A stretch of 64,000 nt of DNA from an uncultured bacterium (GTDB taxonomy: Bacteria > Oederibacteriota > JAAXVQ01): positions 363,500 to 427,499 of the forward strand of contig CAZSAP010000001.1 of NCBI GenBank assembly GCA_964604705.1. Reading direction: 5' to 3'. The notes beneath the pieces were generated by a model that was not told the DNA's origin, did no database searches, and saw only the letters and a list, made by a program, of their open reading frames with translations. Positions 20,038-30,739 of the stretch are shown here, piece after piece (the first letter of the stretch is position 1; each line of letters begins with the position of its first letter). Made by a program: the position numbers and the translations under genes.

Positions 20038-21612
20038 CTACTCATTTGTAGCCAGATTCTTTTTACTGGTCTTATACAGTTTGGGATCAATGTTGTATTT
20101 CTGAAGTCGATAATTGAAAATACGCTCAGTGAGACCGAGTTCGGCTGCGGCTCGTTTCTGAAACCCCCGATTTTTCTTGAGTGCATCAATAATCAACTCA
20201 CGCTCTTTATTACTGACAATCTCACTCAACGAACCGGCTTGTGTCACGGCTTCGTTGCTGGTAACCATCCGCAAAGAAGGCGGCAAATGCTCCGAACGAA
20301 TGACATCCCCATCGCAGAGCAACACGGCCCGTTCTAAGCAATTTTCCAATTCACGTACATTCCCCGGCCAATGATAGCTGGTCAACATTTCTATGGCCGG
20401 TGTGGAAATTCGCAAGATGTTTTTGTGGTTCCGCTTCCCATAGGTCTCCAGGAAAAAGTCCGCCATCAACATAATGTCATCCTTGCGATCACGCAAAGCC
20501 GGCAAATAGATGGGAAAAACATTAATCCGGTAGTACAAATCCTCACGGAAAGAACCGTGCTTAATGGCTTCTTCCAAGTTTTTATGCGTGGCCGCAACAA
20601 TACGCACATCCACCTTAATGGTTTCACGTCCGCCCAACCGCTCAAACTCGCGGGTTTGGAGCACGCGCAACAGCTTCACCTGTAAATTCGGTGGAAAGTC
20701 GCCGATTTCATCCAAGAATAAAGTACCACCGTCCGCCCATTCAAATCGTCCTATTTTGCGTTCCAGAGCACCGGTAAATGCACCCTTTTCATGGCCAAAA
20801 AGTTCACTCTCCAACAATGTCTCCGGGAACGCATTGCAATTTACTTTGATCAAGGGTTTGGAGGCGCGCGGACTGGCGTAGTGAATGGCGTTGGCCACCA
20901 ATTCCTTACCCGTACCACTCTCCCCGCGGATTAATACCGTAGAAGGGCTGTCTGCGACTTGCTCAATTAATTTATAGACTTCTTGCATGGCATTGGAATT
21001 CCCCACCATGTTTTGAATGCTAAACTTGCCTTTCAAGTCTTGCTTCAAGCGTAAATTTTCATCACGCAAGATTTGTCGATCCTGTTCAACCCTGCGGTTA
21101 AGCCGAATGGCTTGAGCAATCATAGGGGTCATGATTTTTAAAATCTTCAAATCGTCTTCCAGATCATGCGCGCCATCGTATTCCTTATCCACACTCAAGG
21201 CCCCGATGGTGTTCCCCTCAATCTTGATCGGGACACACAGAAACGCGATCTGGCGTGTGCTCTTTATGTCGCGTGCACCCGTACGGTTCAAAAAGCGGCT
21301 GTCTTTGCGAATATCCGGAATGGTCACCGAACGTCCGGTTTGCACCACCTTTCCGGTAATCCCTTCGCCCACACGATAGCGCCCTAGTTCCTGAGCTTTG
21401 GCAGATAAACCGTGGGCTATGGAAATATTCAACATGCTGGTCTTCTCGTCCAAAAGCGTGATGGTTCCGCGATCCAACTTGCGCTTGTCTGAGAGCAGCT
21501 GCAAAATCCCGCGCAACATGGCATTGAGATCAATGGTGTCGGCCACAATCCCTGCTGTTGCCAACAAGAGTTCTATTTGTTCTTCATTTACATTTTTGAC
21601 AGTTGAAGGCAT
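20038..21612 (-). CDS. Sigma-54-dependent transcriptional activator (GAF sensor + AAA+ GAFTGA domain + Fis-type HTH; NifA/NtrC-like, no receiver domain)
   Basis: 524 aa. ESGTGKELVANAIHYAS, GAFTGA, and C-terminal AAAELGLTERIFNYRLQKYNI. The N-terminal ~170 aa are GAF-like. Confidence 0.85.
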   Translation of the reverse strand: MPSTVKNVNEEQIELLLATAGIVADTIDLNAMLRGILQLLSDKRKLDRGTITLLDEKTSMLNISIAHGLSAKAQELGRYRVGEGITGKVVQTGRSVTIPDIRKDSRFLNRTGARDIKSTRQIAFLCVPIKIEGNTIGALSVDKEYDGAHDLEDDLKILKIMTPMIAQAIRLNRRVEQDRQILRDENLRLKQDLKGKFSIQNMVGNSNAMQEVYKLIEQVADSPSTVLIRGESGTGKELVANAIHYASPRASKPLIKVNCNAFPETLLESELFGHEKGAFTGALERKIGRFEWADGGTLFLDEIGDFPPNLQVKLLRVLQTREFERLGGRETIKVDVRIVAATHKNLEEAIKHGSFREDLYYRINVFPIYLPALRDRKDDIMLMADFFLETYGKRNHKNILRISTPAIEMLTSYHWPGNVRELENCLERAVLLCDGDVIRSEHLPPSLRMVTSNEAVTQAGSLSEIVSNKERELIIDALKKNRGFQKRAAAELGLTERIFNYRLQKYNIDPKLYKTSKKNLATNE

Positions 21613-21848
21613 ATCTCACTCTTCTATATTGAATTGACAAAATTCAGCGCGGGCCAATTTATAACATTTTTGTATTTATGTAAAGAATTTAAACTACTTT
21701 TTTGAAAAAAAACCATACTTCCAGACATACACTTCCCTAAACCCTGAACATCCGGATAAATTTTTCTTCGCAATAAAACACACATAAAAGAAGCTTTTCC
21801 AGAAATCACAACTACCAAAATGTAGTTAAAATACAAATTCCTACACCT

Positions 21849-21865
21849 TCGGCATATTAATTGCT
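21849..21865 (+). promoter_or_regulatory. Sigma-54 (-24/-12) promoter of amtB1-glnK1
   Basis: cGGCATattaaTTGCt: GG at 21851-52 and GC at 21863-64 (N10 spacing), about 60 nt upstream of the ATG at 21926. Confidence 0.55.
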
Positions 21866-21925
21866 TTTAACTACAACTTCGAAATTATGATAAAAATCAT
21901 TACGCGAATCAAAGGAGCTACACAA

Positions 21926-23248
21926 ATGAAGCGTTATTTTTCACGATGGCTTAAACACCCCAGCTGGGCATTCGTCATTCTAGGCGTATTGGGTTTACCT
22001 GCGTTGGCCGCCGCCGAAGGATTGGCCATCAGCGCTGGAGACACTGCCTTTATTTTCTTGACGACCGCCTTAGTCATGCTCATGACTCCGGGATTAGGCT
22101 TGTTTTACGGAGGCATGGTCCGTCAAAAAAACGTGCTCGGCACCATCATGCAAAGTTTTGTGGCCGTGGGCTTCATCAGTTTGCAATGGGCGCTGATTGG
22201 CTATTCCCTCTCGTTTGGCCATTCCCAGCACGGGCTCATTGGCGGTTTGGACTTTTTAGGCTTGCATAACGTCGGACAAGGGCCCAACGCCGATTACGCA
22301 GCCACCATTCCTCACATGTTGTTTATGCTCTTTCAATGTATGTTTGCCGTGATCACCCCCGCGCTCATCAGCGGTGCGTTTGCTGAGCGCTTTAAATTTT
22401 CGACCTTTGTCGTGTTTATCCTGCTTTGGGCCACCGTCGTCTACGATCCCATTGCCCATTGGATTTGGGGGAACGGAGGGTGGTTACGCCAATTGGGGGT
22501 GCTTGATTTTGCCGGAGGCATGGTTGTACATATTTCCGCAGGCATGGCCGCCTTGGTGGCCGCACTCCTGGTAGGCAAACGCAAAATGACCGCCAACGCC
22601 ACCATCCTGCCCCACAACATGACCATGGTTTTGCTCGGAACCGCCTTGCTTTGGTTCGGGTGGTTTGGGTTTAACGCCGGGTCCGCCCTGGCGGCCAATG
22701 GTGTGGCCATCTCGGCTTTTGTCTGCACCAATTTCGCCGGTGCCTCCGCCATGGTGGTCTGGATGCTGATTGAATGGTTGGTTCGCGGTAAAGCTACGGC
22801 CTTAGGTGCGGCTTCAGGCGCCATTGCCGGTTTGGCGGCCATTACCCCAGGGTCCGGATTTGTAAAACCGCATGACGCCATCATTATAGGCGCCATCGCC
22901 TCCCCACTTTGTTTTTACGCAATCCAATTAAAGAACAAGTACAACTACGACGATACGCTCGATGCGTTCGGCGTACACGGCATCAGCGGCATATGGGGTA
23001 CATTGGCCACCGGACTCTTCGCCACCACCTCGGTGAATCCGGCGGGAGCCAACGGATGGTTCTACGGCAACCCCAAACTTTTTTGGATTCAGAGCTTCGG
23101 CGCCTTGGTCGTCGCAGCTTTTGCGTTCGCAGCCACATTTATCATTATCAAAGTACTCGATCTAACCATGGGCATGCGCTTAAAGGATCACGAAGAAATG
23201 ATTGGAATGGATTTGACGCAACATGGCGAGGCAGGATATCATATGTAA
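21926..23248 (+). CDS. amtB: Ammonium transporter (Amt family), copy 1
   Basis: ATG at 21926 with AAGGAG 8 nt upstream (the track ORF starts at 21887). Signal-like N-terminus. Amt motifs DFAGG.VVHI and GAAS/GAIAG. Confidence 0.88.
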   Translation: MKRYFSRWLKHPSWAFVILGVLGLPALAAAEGLAISAGDTAFIFLTTALVMLMTPGLGLFYGGMVRQKNVLGTIMQSFVAVGFISLQWALIGYSLSFGHSQHGLIGGLDFLGLHNVGQGPNADYAATIPHMLFMLFQCMFAVITPALISGAFAERFKFSTFVVFILLWATVVYDPIAHWIWGNGGWLRQLGVLDFAGGMVVHISAGMAALVAALLVGKRKMTANATILPHNMTMVLLGTALLWFGWFGFNAGSALAANGVAISAFVCTNFAGASAMVVWMLIEWLVRGKATALGAASGAIAGLAAITPGSGFVKPHDAIIIGAIASPLCFYAIQLKNKYNYDDTLDAFGVHGISGIWGTLATGLFATTSVNPAGANGWFYGNPKLFWIQSFGALVVAAFAFAATFIIIKVLDLTMGMRLKDHEEMIGMDLTQHGEAGYHM

Positions 23249-23321
23249 CAACTCCCCCTCACTCCCCCTCTTTACCAAAAAGGGGGGACGGGGGGCGTTA
23301 TTCCACGAAAGGAATATTTCC

Positions 23322-23663
23322 ATGAAAAAGATTGAAGCCTTTATTCAACCCGAACAATTCGAGAGTGTTAAGAAAGAGCTTTTTGCCGCTCAGGTCTTTA
23401 AAATGAGCGTTTCCCAAGTGCGCGGATGTGGCCAACAAAAAGGCTATACCGAAAGTTTTCGGGGACAAATCGTAGAGATAAATCTCTTGCCCAAAACCAA
23501 GATCGAAATTGCCGTTAATGAAGATTTCGTACAACCCACCATTGACGCCATTATCCGAGGGGCGCGGACCGGTAATATCGGCGATGGCAAAATTTTCGTG
23601 ACGGAATTGCTGCAATGCATTCGCGTCCGCACCGGAGAGACCGGTCACGACGCCATTGGTTAA
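23322..23663 (+). CDS. glnK: Nitrogen regulatory protein P-II, copy 1
   Basis: MKKIEAFIQPEQFESVKKELF...RTGETGHDAIG. 113 aa, AAGGA RBS, immediately downstream of amtB1. Confidence 0.88.
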   Translation: MKKIEAFIQPEQFESVKKELFAAQVFKMSVSQVRGCGQQKGYTESFRGQIVEINLLPKTKIEIAVNEDFVQPTIDAIIRGARTGNIGDGKIFVTELLQCIRVRTGETGHDAIG

Positions 23664-23933
23664 TTGCTCCCCAAGAAAATCGCATCAACCTCCAACCTTC
23701 AAACAACAATGTCGCGATTCCCTTCTGAGGGATCGCCTAATTTAAAAAATACATTTATGAATTAATTATATAATTCGATACACAATTGAAATAATAACAA
23801 ATATGATTTTTGGTCTTTTTTAAAAAAAAAATTTCATCCCACAAAAAAACTCCCCGTGTCTATCCTTTAATTTCAAGACTTTACATCAAGATCCTTTACC
23901 CCGGCTTGTAATAAACACTACCATCCTTTTCCA

Positions 23934-23951
23934 TTGGCATCCATCTTGCAT
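23934..23951 (+). promoter_or_regulatory. Sigma-54 (-24/-12) promoter upstream of the porin gene
   Basis: TTGGCAT-CCATC-TTGCA: GG at 23936-37 and GC at 23948-49, about 140 nt upstream of the ATG at 24094. Confidence 0.55.
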
Positions 23952-24093
23952 TAGTCCTAGGCAAATGGAAATAACCCACGGTTAATGACTATTGGGTAGG
24001 AAAGGAGCTGGCTCGCTATGAAACCCACTAAGGCAAAGATTTAACGACAGATCTACCGAGTGCGTTCAAATAAAAAAACACAAGGAGAATATC

Positions 24094-25170
24094 ATGAAAA
24101 AAATCACGATTTTGAGTTTACTGAGCTTGAGTCTAATCGGAACTATGGCAGGAGCGGAAGAAGCAAAAAGCTTGAAGTGGTACGACAAAATTGCTGTAAG
24201 CGGTTACTTGGATGCCTATTACCAAGCTAATTTCAATGGTTTAAGCGGTAGCATCACCGGTCGGGCGTTCGACAGCCGGCAGAATGAATTTTCGTTCTCT
24301 GGTGCGAAGGTCTCCATGTCCACAACGGATCCTTCCACCGGTGTCGGTGGTGTGCTCGATTTGCTGTACGGCCCCACGTCCATGTTGGTAACAGGCGGAC
24401 CTGTCGAGCAGGCGTTCGCGACCTTCTCCTTAGGCCCCATCGGATTCAAGGCCGGTAAGTTCACCACGCATGTCGGCTACGAAGTTATTGAAACACCCCT
24501 AAACTTGAACTACAGCCGTTCGATTTTGTTCAACCAAGTTCCCTTCTACCATGTCGGCGCCCTGGCCACTTACACCCCGCTGGAAGGTGTTGCCATGATG
24601 GCTGGAGTGGTTAACTCGAATTCAGCTGAACAAGCCAATGACGAAGCCAAGGATTATGCAGCCCAAGTAACTTTCAGCAAGATTGCCGGACTTAGCTTGA
24701 TTGCCAATTATTATCTCGAATCCAATCGTGCGGCCACAGCCGATGCCCCTTTTGAAAACACCCACTATATGGAAGTCGTGGGCAATTACCAAGCCTTGCC
24801 TGTACTTGGATTAGGTTTGGACTATCTGTACAAAACCACGCTGCCATCTCCGGCCAAAGATGCTGACGGCAATCCGCTCGGCAGCGCCTCCAGCACCAAG
24901 TCGCAAGGGTATGCACTCTATGCAAACTACGTCACACCGATCAGCGGACTTTCGGTGCTTCCGCGCTTTGAACAGTGGTACGCCCCGGACGTGTACGCCT
25001 TGGCCTTCGACTATACGCTGACGCTTAAATACGCCATGGGGGCTCTTACCCATGCCCTCGAACTCCGCAAAGATATCGCCTACCCAGGCGTATACGCCCC
25101 CAAGGCCGGAGAAACTGAATTGCTTAGCGATCAAATGACTTTAACGTACGGAGTTATGTACAGTTTCTAG
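24094..25170 (+). CDS. Outer-membrane beta-barrel porin (signal peptide, C-terminal Phe)
   Basis: MKKITILSLLSLSLIGTMAGA signal peptide. Alternating amphipathic strands. Ends ...TLTYGVMYSF. Confidence 0.65.
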   Translation: MKKITILSLLSLSLIGTMAGAEEAKSLKWYDKIAVSGYLDAYYQANFNGLSGSITGRAFDSRQNEFSFSGAKVSMSTTDPSTGVGGVLDLLYGPTSMLVTGGPVEQAFATFSLGPIGFKAGKFTTHVGYEVIETPLNLNYSRSILFNQVPFYHVGALATYTPLEGVAMMAGVVNSNSAEQANDEAKDYAAQVTFSKIAGLSLIANYYLESNRAATADAPFENTHYMEVVGNYQALPVLGLGLDYLYKTTLPSPAKDADGNPLGSASSTKSQGYALYANYVTPISGLSVLPRFEQWYAPDVYALAFDYTLTLKYAMGALTHALELRKDIAYPGVYAPKAGETELLSDQMTLTYGVMYSF

Positions 25171-25245
25171 CAAACCGTTTCTTCGATTTAAGCACGAAAA
25201 CCACTTGAACGAATGGGCGTTTAAGCATACAATTATCCCTTCAAA

Positions 25246-25285
25246 CCCCTGTCCGTGATTGCTGCGGACAGGGGTTTAATTTTAA
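25246..25285 (+). terminator. Rho-independent terminator of the porin gene
   Basis: cccctgtccg-tgattgctg-cggacagggg, a perfect 10-bp stem, followed by tttaatttt. Confidence 0.7.
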
Positions 25286-25313
25286 ATCCGTAAAAGAAGG
25301 ATAGTAAACGTCC

Positions 25314-27287
25314 ATGTTTAAAAAGCTTAAACAATTGTTTCTCGGTAAAGCCATCAACCCCACCCAAGCCGGCATCTTTCATCAGCTCAGTCTGGTCGCC
25401 TTTATGGCTTGGGTCGGTTTGGGTGCCGACGGGCTTTCCTCGTCAAGTTACGGTCCCGAAGAACTCTTTCGGGCCTTAGGACCCGAACACACCCATTTGG
25501 CCTTATATTTGGCTGTGGCTACGGCCATTACCGTGTTTATCATTGCCGCCAGCTACATGCAAATCATTAAGCTCTTCCCAGCCGGTGGCGGCGGTTATGT
25601 GGTTGCCAGCAAGTTCCTGGGATCCAAAGCCGGGGTGGTTTCAGGTACCGCCCTTATCGTCGATTACATCTTAACCATCTCCCTATCTATTGCCGCCGGT
25701 GTGGACGCGATATTCAGCTTTTTGCCTCCGGAATGGATCGGCGCCAAAGTGACTACCGAGGCCGCACTATTGTTGATCCTTATTTGGATGAACATGCGCG
25801 GACTAAAAGAAAGCATCAAAGTATTAATGCCTATTTTTATTGCTTTTTTAGTCACCCATGTCATCTTACTCTCGGCCGGCATTTTCGGACACGCCCACGG
25901 TCTCCCCAACGCGGTACAGGCCACGTTCAGCGAAACGCAACAAACCATTTCCCAAATCGGCTGGTTTGGCCTGTTGGCGCTCCTCTTACGCGCCTACAGC
26001 TTGGGCGCCGGTACCTATACTGGAATCGAAGCCGTTTCCAATGGTATGTCCACCTTGCGTGAACCCCGGGTTCAAACCGGACATAGAACCATGTTGTACA
26101 TGGCGATTTCCTTGGCCATCACCGCCGGCGGCATCTTGCTCAGCTACATGTTGTGGGATGTTCGAATACTTCCCGGAAACACCCAAACGCTCAATGCCGT
26201 ACTCACAGAAAAAGTAATGGGTGGTTGGCAATGGGGGAACATCCCCATCGGTCAATGGCTTATCTACCTCACATTAATTTCCGAGGCGCTCCTTTTGTTC
26301 ATCGCTGCCCAAACTGGGTTCGTGGGAGGTCCCACCGTCCTGGCCAACATGGCAGTGGACTCCTGGGTCCCCCACCGTTTTGGCGATCTCTCCGATCGAC
26401 TGGTTCGTACCAACGGAATTATATTCATGGGCATCACATCCTTGGCCATCCTGATACTGGCCAAAGGAAGTGTGCATATTATGGTGGTGCTATACTCCAT
26501 TAACGTCTTCATCACCTTCTCCCTTTCCCAATTGGGTACCTGTCTGCACTGGTGGAAAATACGCAAGACCGACAAACAATGGTTTTCCGGATTTATGATC
26601 AACGGCATCGGACTCATTTTAACCACACTTATTTTAGTAGTGACCACCGTGCTCAAATTCACTCAAGGCGGTTGGATGACGTTGGTCATCACCGGCGGGT
26701 TGGTAATTCTGTGCGCGGTTATTAAGTTCCATTATTCCAACATACGCAAAGCCTTAGGTCGTTTGGATGAACTTTTGACCAACCTCACGGTTACTAATCC
26801 CCATCCGGTTACTGCCGAGTGCGATCCAACACTCCCGACCGCGATTCTGCTGGTCAGTGGCTACAACGGACTCGGGATTCACTCCATCTTCTCGATCCGA
26901 AAGCTTTTCCAAGATAAGTTCAAGAATTTCGTCTTCATTTCCGTGGGACGCGTGGATTCCAGTCGGTTTAAGGGGATTGAGGAAATCGAAAACTTAAAGC
27001 TCGCAACTGAAAAAAGCCTACAGCAATATGTAACCATGGCTCAGCATATGGGATACGCAGCCGAGTACCGATATGTGCTGGGTACCGACGTTATCGAAGA
27101 AATCGAAAAAATGTGTGATGAATTGGCTCGCAACTTCAGCGAACCGATTTTCTTTGCCGGGAAATTGATCTTTGCCAAGGAAAACTTTTTCTCGAAAATA
27201 TTGCACAATCAGACGGCCTTGGAAATCCAACGCCGCCTGCTTTTCAAAGGTAACAACATGGTCATCGTACCCATACGCGTTTTATAG
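25314..27287 (+). CDS. APC-superfamily permease with ~200-aa C-terminal cytoplasmic domain
   Basis: 657 aa. Twelve predicted TM segments with an APC-like GxG-rich TM1, plus a soluble C-terminal domain. Confidence 0.65.
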   Translation: MFKKLKQLFLGKAINPTQAGIFHQLSLVAFMAWVGLGADGLSSSSYGPEELFRALGPEHTHLALYLAVATAITVFIIAASYMQIIKLFPAGGGGYVVASKFLGSKAGVVSGTALIVDYILTISLSIAAGVDAIFSFLPPEWIGAKVTTEAALLLILIWMNMRGLKESIKVLMPIFIAFLVTHVILLSAGIFGHAHGLPNAVQATFSETQQTISQIGWFGLLALLLRAYSLGAGTYTGIEAVSNGMSTLREPRVQTGHRTMLYMAISLAITAGGILLSYMLWDVRILPGNTQTLNAVLTEKVMGGWQWGNIPIGQWLIYLTLISEALLLFIAAQTGFVGGPTVLANMAVDSWVPHRFGDLSDRLVRTNGIIFMGITSLAILILAKGSVHIMVVLYSINVFITFSLSQLGTCLHWWKIRKTDKQWFSGFMINGIGLILTTLILVVTTVLKFTQGGWMTLVITGGLVILCAVIKFHYSNIRKALGRLDELLTNLTVTNPHPVTAECDPTLPTAILLVSGYNGLGIHSIFSIRKLFQDKFKNFVFISVGRVDSSRFKGIEEIENLKLATEKSLQQYVTMAQHMGYAAEYRYVLGTDVIEEIEKMCDELARNFSEPIFFAGKLIFAKENFFSKILHNQTALEIQRRLLFKGNNMVIVPIRVL

Positions 27288-27353
27288 CATACCTTGGGGA
27301 CAAGGCATTCCTTGCCCTACCATTAACTAACGGTTTTCGCGGAGCTATACACC

Positions 27354-28724
27354 ATGACGTCCATAGCCGAGTATTGGTCCAGTTTAAGCGCCGGCAAGGT
27401 GCTATTAAACATTTTTCCCTTCGCCTTGTTGTTACTGCTTATCGCCGTTATGCCACTGTGGAACTCGGTCGCCCATTGGTGGGAAAAAAACACCAACAAA
27501 TTAATCGTCGCACTTGTTTGTGGAAGCGCCGGGGTTCTTTTGTATGTAATCCCAACCCACGACGGCGCCCATCTTCTAAATACCGTTTTGGAGTATGCGG
27601 CGTTTATCAGCCTCTTGGCCGCACTTTTCATTGTCAGCAGCGGCATCGTTATTTCCGGTGCGTTTGCAGGTTTCCCCTGGATCAATACACTGTTTCTAGG
27701 CATCGGCGCCTTGTTGGCCAGTTTACTGGGCACAACCGGCGCCAGCATGCTCTTGATTCGCCCCCTTATCCGAGCCAATCGCCTGCGCAAACATAAAACC
27801 CACATTATCGTTTTCTTTATTTTTATCGTTAGCAATTGCGGCGGACTCTTAACCCCCCTCGGCGACCCCCCTTTATATCTCGGTTTTTTGCGCGGAGTTC
27901 CTTTTTTCTGGACCCTCCAACTCTTCCCCGAGTGGTTGGTAACCAACTTTCTGTTGCTGGTGGTTTTCCATTTCCTGGATGAACGGTATTTTTTCAAGGA
28001 AGAACTCGCCACTAAAAACGAATTGGCTCAAGAAATCGCCAATGCTGAAAAACCACTGCATATTCGCGGAAAACGCAATTTCATTTATCTCGCCGCGGTT
28101 CTCGCCACTGTGCTTTTATCCGGTTCGGTGTTACCCTCTGTCTTGCACGCGTGGCTGACTCCCGAACACGCCGAACATTGGGCCAAGGTCGCCCAAATCA
28201 TCCTTTTGGGTAGCATTGCCTGGTTTTCTTTCCGCAACACACCGTCCTCCATTCATGAACACAATCATTTTAGTTCTGCCCCGATTGTCGAAGTCGCAGT
28301 CTTGTTCTTGGGTATTTTCGGAGCCATGCTCCCAGCCTTGGCCGTGTTGGAACATTCCGCCCCGCGACTTCCCATTGACCAAGCTTGGCACTATTTTTGG
28401 CTTACCGGACTCCTGAGCAGCTTTTTGGATAATGCCCCGACATATATGTCTTTTGCAGCCTTGGCTGCCGGTAAATCGAACCTCAATGCTGAGCACCTTG
28501 GAGCCTTGGCGGCCCAGGCACCCAATTTGTTAAAAGCCATTGCCACAGGCGCTGTGTTTATGGGCGCCAACACCTACATTGGCAACGGCCCCAATTTCAT
28601 GGTCAAATCCATTGCCGAACATGCGCACATTAAAATGCCCTCTTTTGGCGGTTACATGCTCTGGTCCTTCGCTGTACTTATTCCTATTTTCTTCATTAAC
28701 ACGCTTATTTTTTTCAAACCTTAA
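27354..28724 (+). CDS. ArsB/NhaD-superfamily ion transporter (NhaD/arsenite-permease-like)
   Basis: 456 aa polytopic membrane protein. Motifs GGLLTPLGDPPL and FLDNAPTYMSF are typical of the ArsB/NhaD/CitMHS permease fold. Confidence 0.6.
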   Translation: MTSIAEYWSSLSAGKVLLNIFPFALLLLLIAVMPLWNSVAHWWEKNTNKLIVALVCGSAGVLLYVIPTHDGAHLLNTVLEYAAFISLLAALFIVSSGIVISGAFAGFPWINTLFLGIGALLASLLGTTGASMLLIRPLIRANRLRKHKTHIIVFFIFIVSNCGGLLTPLGDPPLYLGFLRGVPFFWTLQLFPEWLVTNFLLLVVFHFLDERYFFKEELATKNELAQEIANAEKPLHIRGKRNFIYLAAVLATVLLSGSVLPSVLHAWLTPEHAEHWAKVAQIILLGSIAWFSFRNTPSSIHEHNHFSSAPIVEVAVLFLGIFGAMLPALAVLEHSAPRLPIDQAWHYFWLTGLLSSFLDNAPTYMSFAALAAGKSNLNAEHLGALAAQAPNLLKAIATGAVFMGANTYIGNGPNFMVKSIAEHAHIKMPSFGGYMLWSFAVLIPIFFINTLIFFKP

Positions 28725-28875
28725 TCCCCCGACCCTTCTTACTTTCGTTTACAAATTATAACCAAATTGTATTTATTTATATTTTTACTTCTTATTTGTA
28801 TTTTATTTCATAATTACAACTAAAATGTCATACCGCTTTTTCCTGTATTTAAAGGTTTTTCAGCCTTCTTGTGAC

Positions 28876-28893
28876 TTGGCACAGCCTTTGCTT
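28876..28893 (+). promoter_or_regulatory. Sigma-54 (-24/-12) promoter of amtB2-glnK2
   Basis: cTTGGCAC-AGCCT-TTGCTt: TGGCAC at 28877-82 and TTGC at 28888-91. This is a perfect consensus, about 85 nt upstream of the ATG at 28978. Confidence 0.7.
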
Positions 28894-28977
28894 TATATGG
28901 AGCAGTTGAATAGGCAAGGGTGTCAACCGTCAACGATGAGACGACACATCATCGTAAATACGAAAGGAGTGGTTCTC

Positions 28978-30306
28978 ATGTTTAAAGACATACTGGTACG
29001 TTGGTTCAAGAAGTGGGGATTGCAAGCAGGTGCACTAACGCTTTTGGGATTGCCTTCGGTGGTCTCAGCCGCCGAAGGGGTTCCGCTTAACACAGGGGAT
29101 ACAGCCTTTGTTATGGCGTCCTCGGGTTTGGTCATGCTCATGACGCCGGCCTTGGGATTGTTTTACGGAGGCATGGTGCGCCAAAAAAACGTCCTTGCCA
29201 CCATCATGCAAAGTTTCATTGTACTCGGCTTGATCAGTGTCCAATGGGCACTCTTTGGCTACTCGCTGGCTTTCGGTCCTGACCACGGACATCTCATTGG
29301 CGGACTCGACTTTCTCGGACTTAACGGAGTAGGTCAAACACCCAACGCCGACTATGCGGCGACCATACCCCATCAAGTATTCATGGTATTCCAAGCTATG
29401 TTCGCGGTTATCACGCCGGCGCTCATCAGCGGAGCCTTTGCCGAACGCGTTAAGTTTTCCAGTTTTCTAGTCTTTATTCTGCTTTGGTCAACGTTCATCT
29501 ACGACCCCTTGGCACATTGGGTATGGGGTGTGGGTGGCTGGTTGCGCAACTTAGGTGCCTTGGATTTTGCCGGCGGTACGGTAGTGCACATCGCCTCCGG
29601 GTCGGCAGCTTTGGTGATGGCATTGTATCTCGGCAAGCGTCGGGGTTACCCCAAAGCCTCGATCATGCCACATAACATGACCATGGTCTTGATCGGAACA
29701 GCCTTGCTTTGGTTTGGTTGGTTCGGTTTCAATGCGGGTTCCGCCCTCTCGGCCAATGGTTTGGCGGGTACGGCGTTTATTGTGACGAACTTAGCCGCGG
29801 CCGCAGCAATGCTGTCCTGGGCGTTTGTGGAGTGGATTGTGCGCAAGAAACCCACCGCATTGGGCGCCGCTTCAGGTGCCGTCGCCGGTTTGGTTGCCAT
29901 CACACCGGCATCGGGTTTTGTTGGTCCCATGGATGCCATTATCATCGGTTTGCTGGTATCCCCCATCTGTTTTGGGGCCATTCAGATCAAGAACAAGCTC
30001 GGGTACGATGATTCATTGGATGCCTTCGGCGTGCACGGCGTAGGTGGAACCTGGGGCGCCATTGCCACCGGATTGTTTGCCAATGTTTCAATCAACTCAG
30101 CAGGCGCCAACGGTTTGTTCTACGGCAACCCCAAGCTTCTTGGGATTCAAGCGGTTGCGGTTGTGGCCACCGCCGTCTTCTCGATGTTGGGAACATACAT
30201 TTTGGTGTTCTTGGTGGATAAGGTCATGGGCATGCGGGTAGCAGAACACGAGGAACAAATCGGTCTGGATTTAACCCAACACGGTGAAGCCGGATATCAC
30301 ATGTAA
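28978..30306 (+). CDS. amtB: Ammonium transporter (Amt family), copy 2
   Basis: ATG at 28978 with AAGGAG 8 nt upstream (the track ORF starts at 28825). Paralog of 21926..23248 with the same C-terminal ...[12 protein letters not shown]. Confidence 0.88.
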   Translation: MFKDILVRWFKKWGLQAGALTLLGLPSVVSAAEGVPLNTGDTAFVMASSGLVMLMTPALGLFYGGMVRQKNVLATIMQSFIVLGLISVQWALFGYSLAFGPDHGHLIGGLDFLGLNGVGQTPNADYAATIPHQVFMVFQAMFAVITPALISGAFAERVKFSSFLVFILLWSTFIYDPLAHWVWGVGGWLRNLGALDFAGGTVVHIASGSAALVMALYLGKRRGYPKASIMPHNMTMVLIGTALLWFGWFGFNAGSALSANGLAGTAFIVTNLAAAAAMLSWAFVEWIVRKKPTALGAASGAVAGLVAITPASGFVGPMDAIIIGLLVSPICFGAIQIKNKLGYDDSLDAFGVHGVGGTWGAIATGLFANVSINSAGANGLFYGNPKLLGIQAVAVVATAVFSMLGTYILVFLVDKVMGMRVAEHEEQIGLDLTQHGEAGYHM

Positions 30307-30377
30307 GACTGTTGGATCACAATTATCGTAGGGACGGACGAAAATACGTACCCTACATTAAAAGGAGGATTAACATC

Positions 30378-30719
30378 ATGAAAAAAATCGAAGCGTACAT
30401 TCAACCCGAGCAATTTGAAAATGTAAAAAAAGAATTATTTGCAGCCGAGGTATTTAAAATGACCGTCTCCCATGTTCGTGGCTGCGGACAGCAAATGGGC
30501 TACACCGAAAGTTTCCGGGGACAAGTGGTCGAAATCAATTTGTTGCCCAAGATCAAGCTCGAGATCGCCGTGAACGACAACTTTGTGCAACCCACCATCG
30601 ACGCCATCATCAAAGGAGCGCGTACCGGGAACATAGGTGATGGGAAAATTTTCGTATTGGATTTGCCGCAGTGCATTCGTGTGCGCACGGGTGAAACCGG
30701 AAAAGACGCCATCGGCTGA
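30378..30719 (+). CDS. glnK: Nitrogen regulatory protein P-II, copy 2
   Basis: [21 protein letters not shown]...[22 protein letters not shown]. Confidence 0.88.
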   Translation: MKKIEAYIQPEQFENVKKELFAAEVFKMTVSHVRGCGQQMGYTESFRGQVVEINLLPKIKLEIAVNDNFVQPTIDAIIKGARTGNIGDGKIFVLDLPQCIRVRTGETGKDAIG

Positions 30720-30739
30720 TTCAAGCCGTAGGCACACCA

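Noticed and set aside
27293-27316. Sigma-54-like TGGGGA...TTGCC string and weak hairpin after the APC permease gene
   Set aside because: The spacing does not fit GG-N10-GC. Only a 5-bp stem, and no T-tract.
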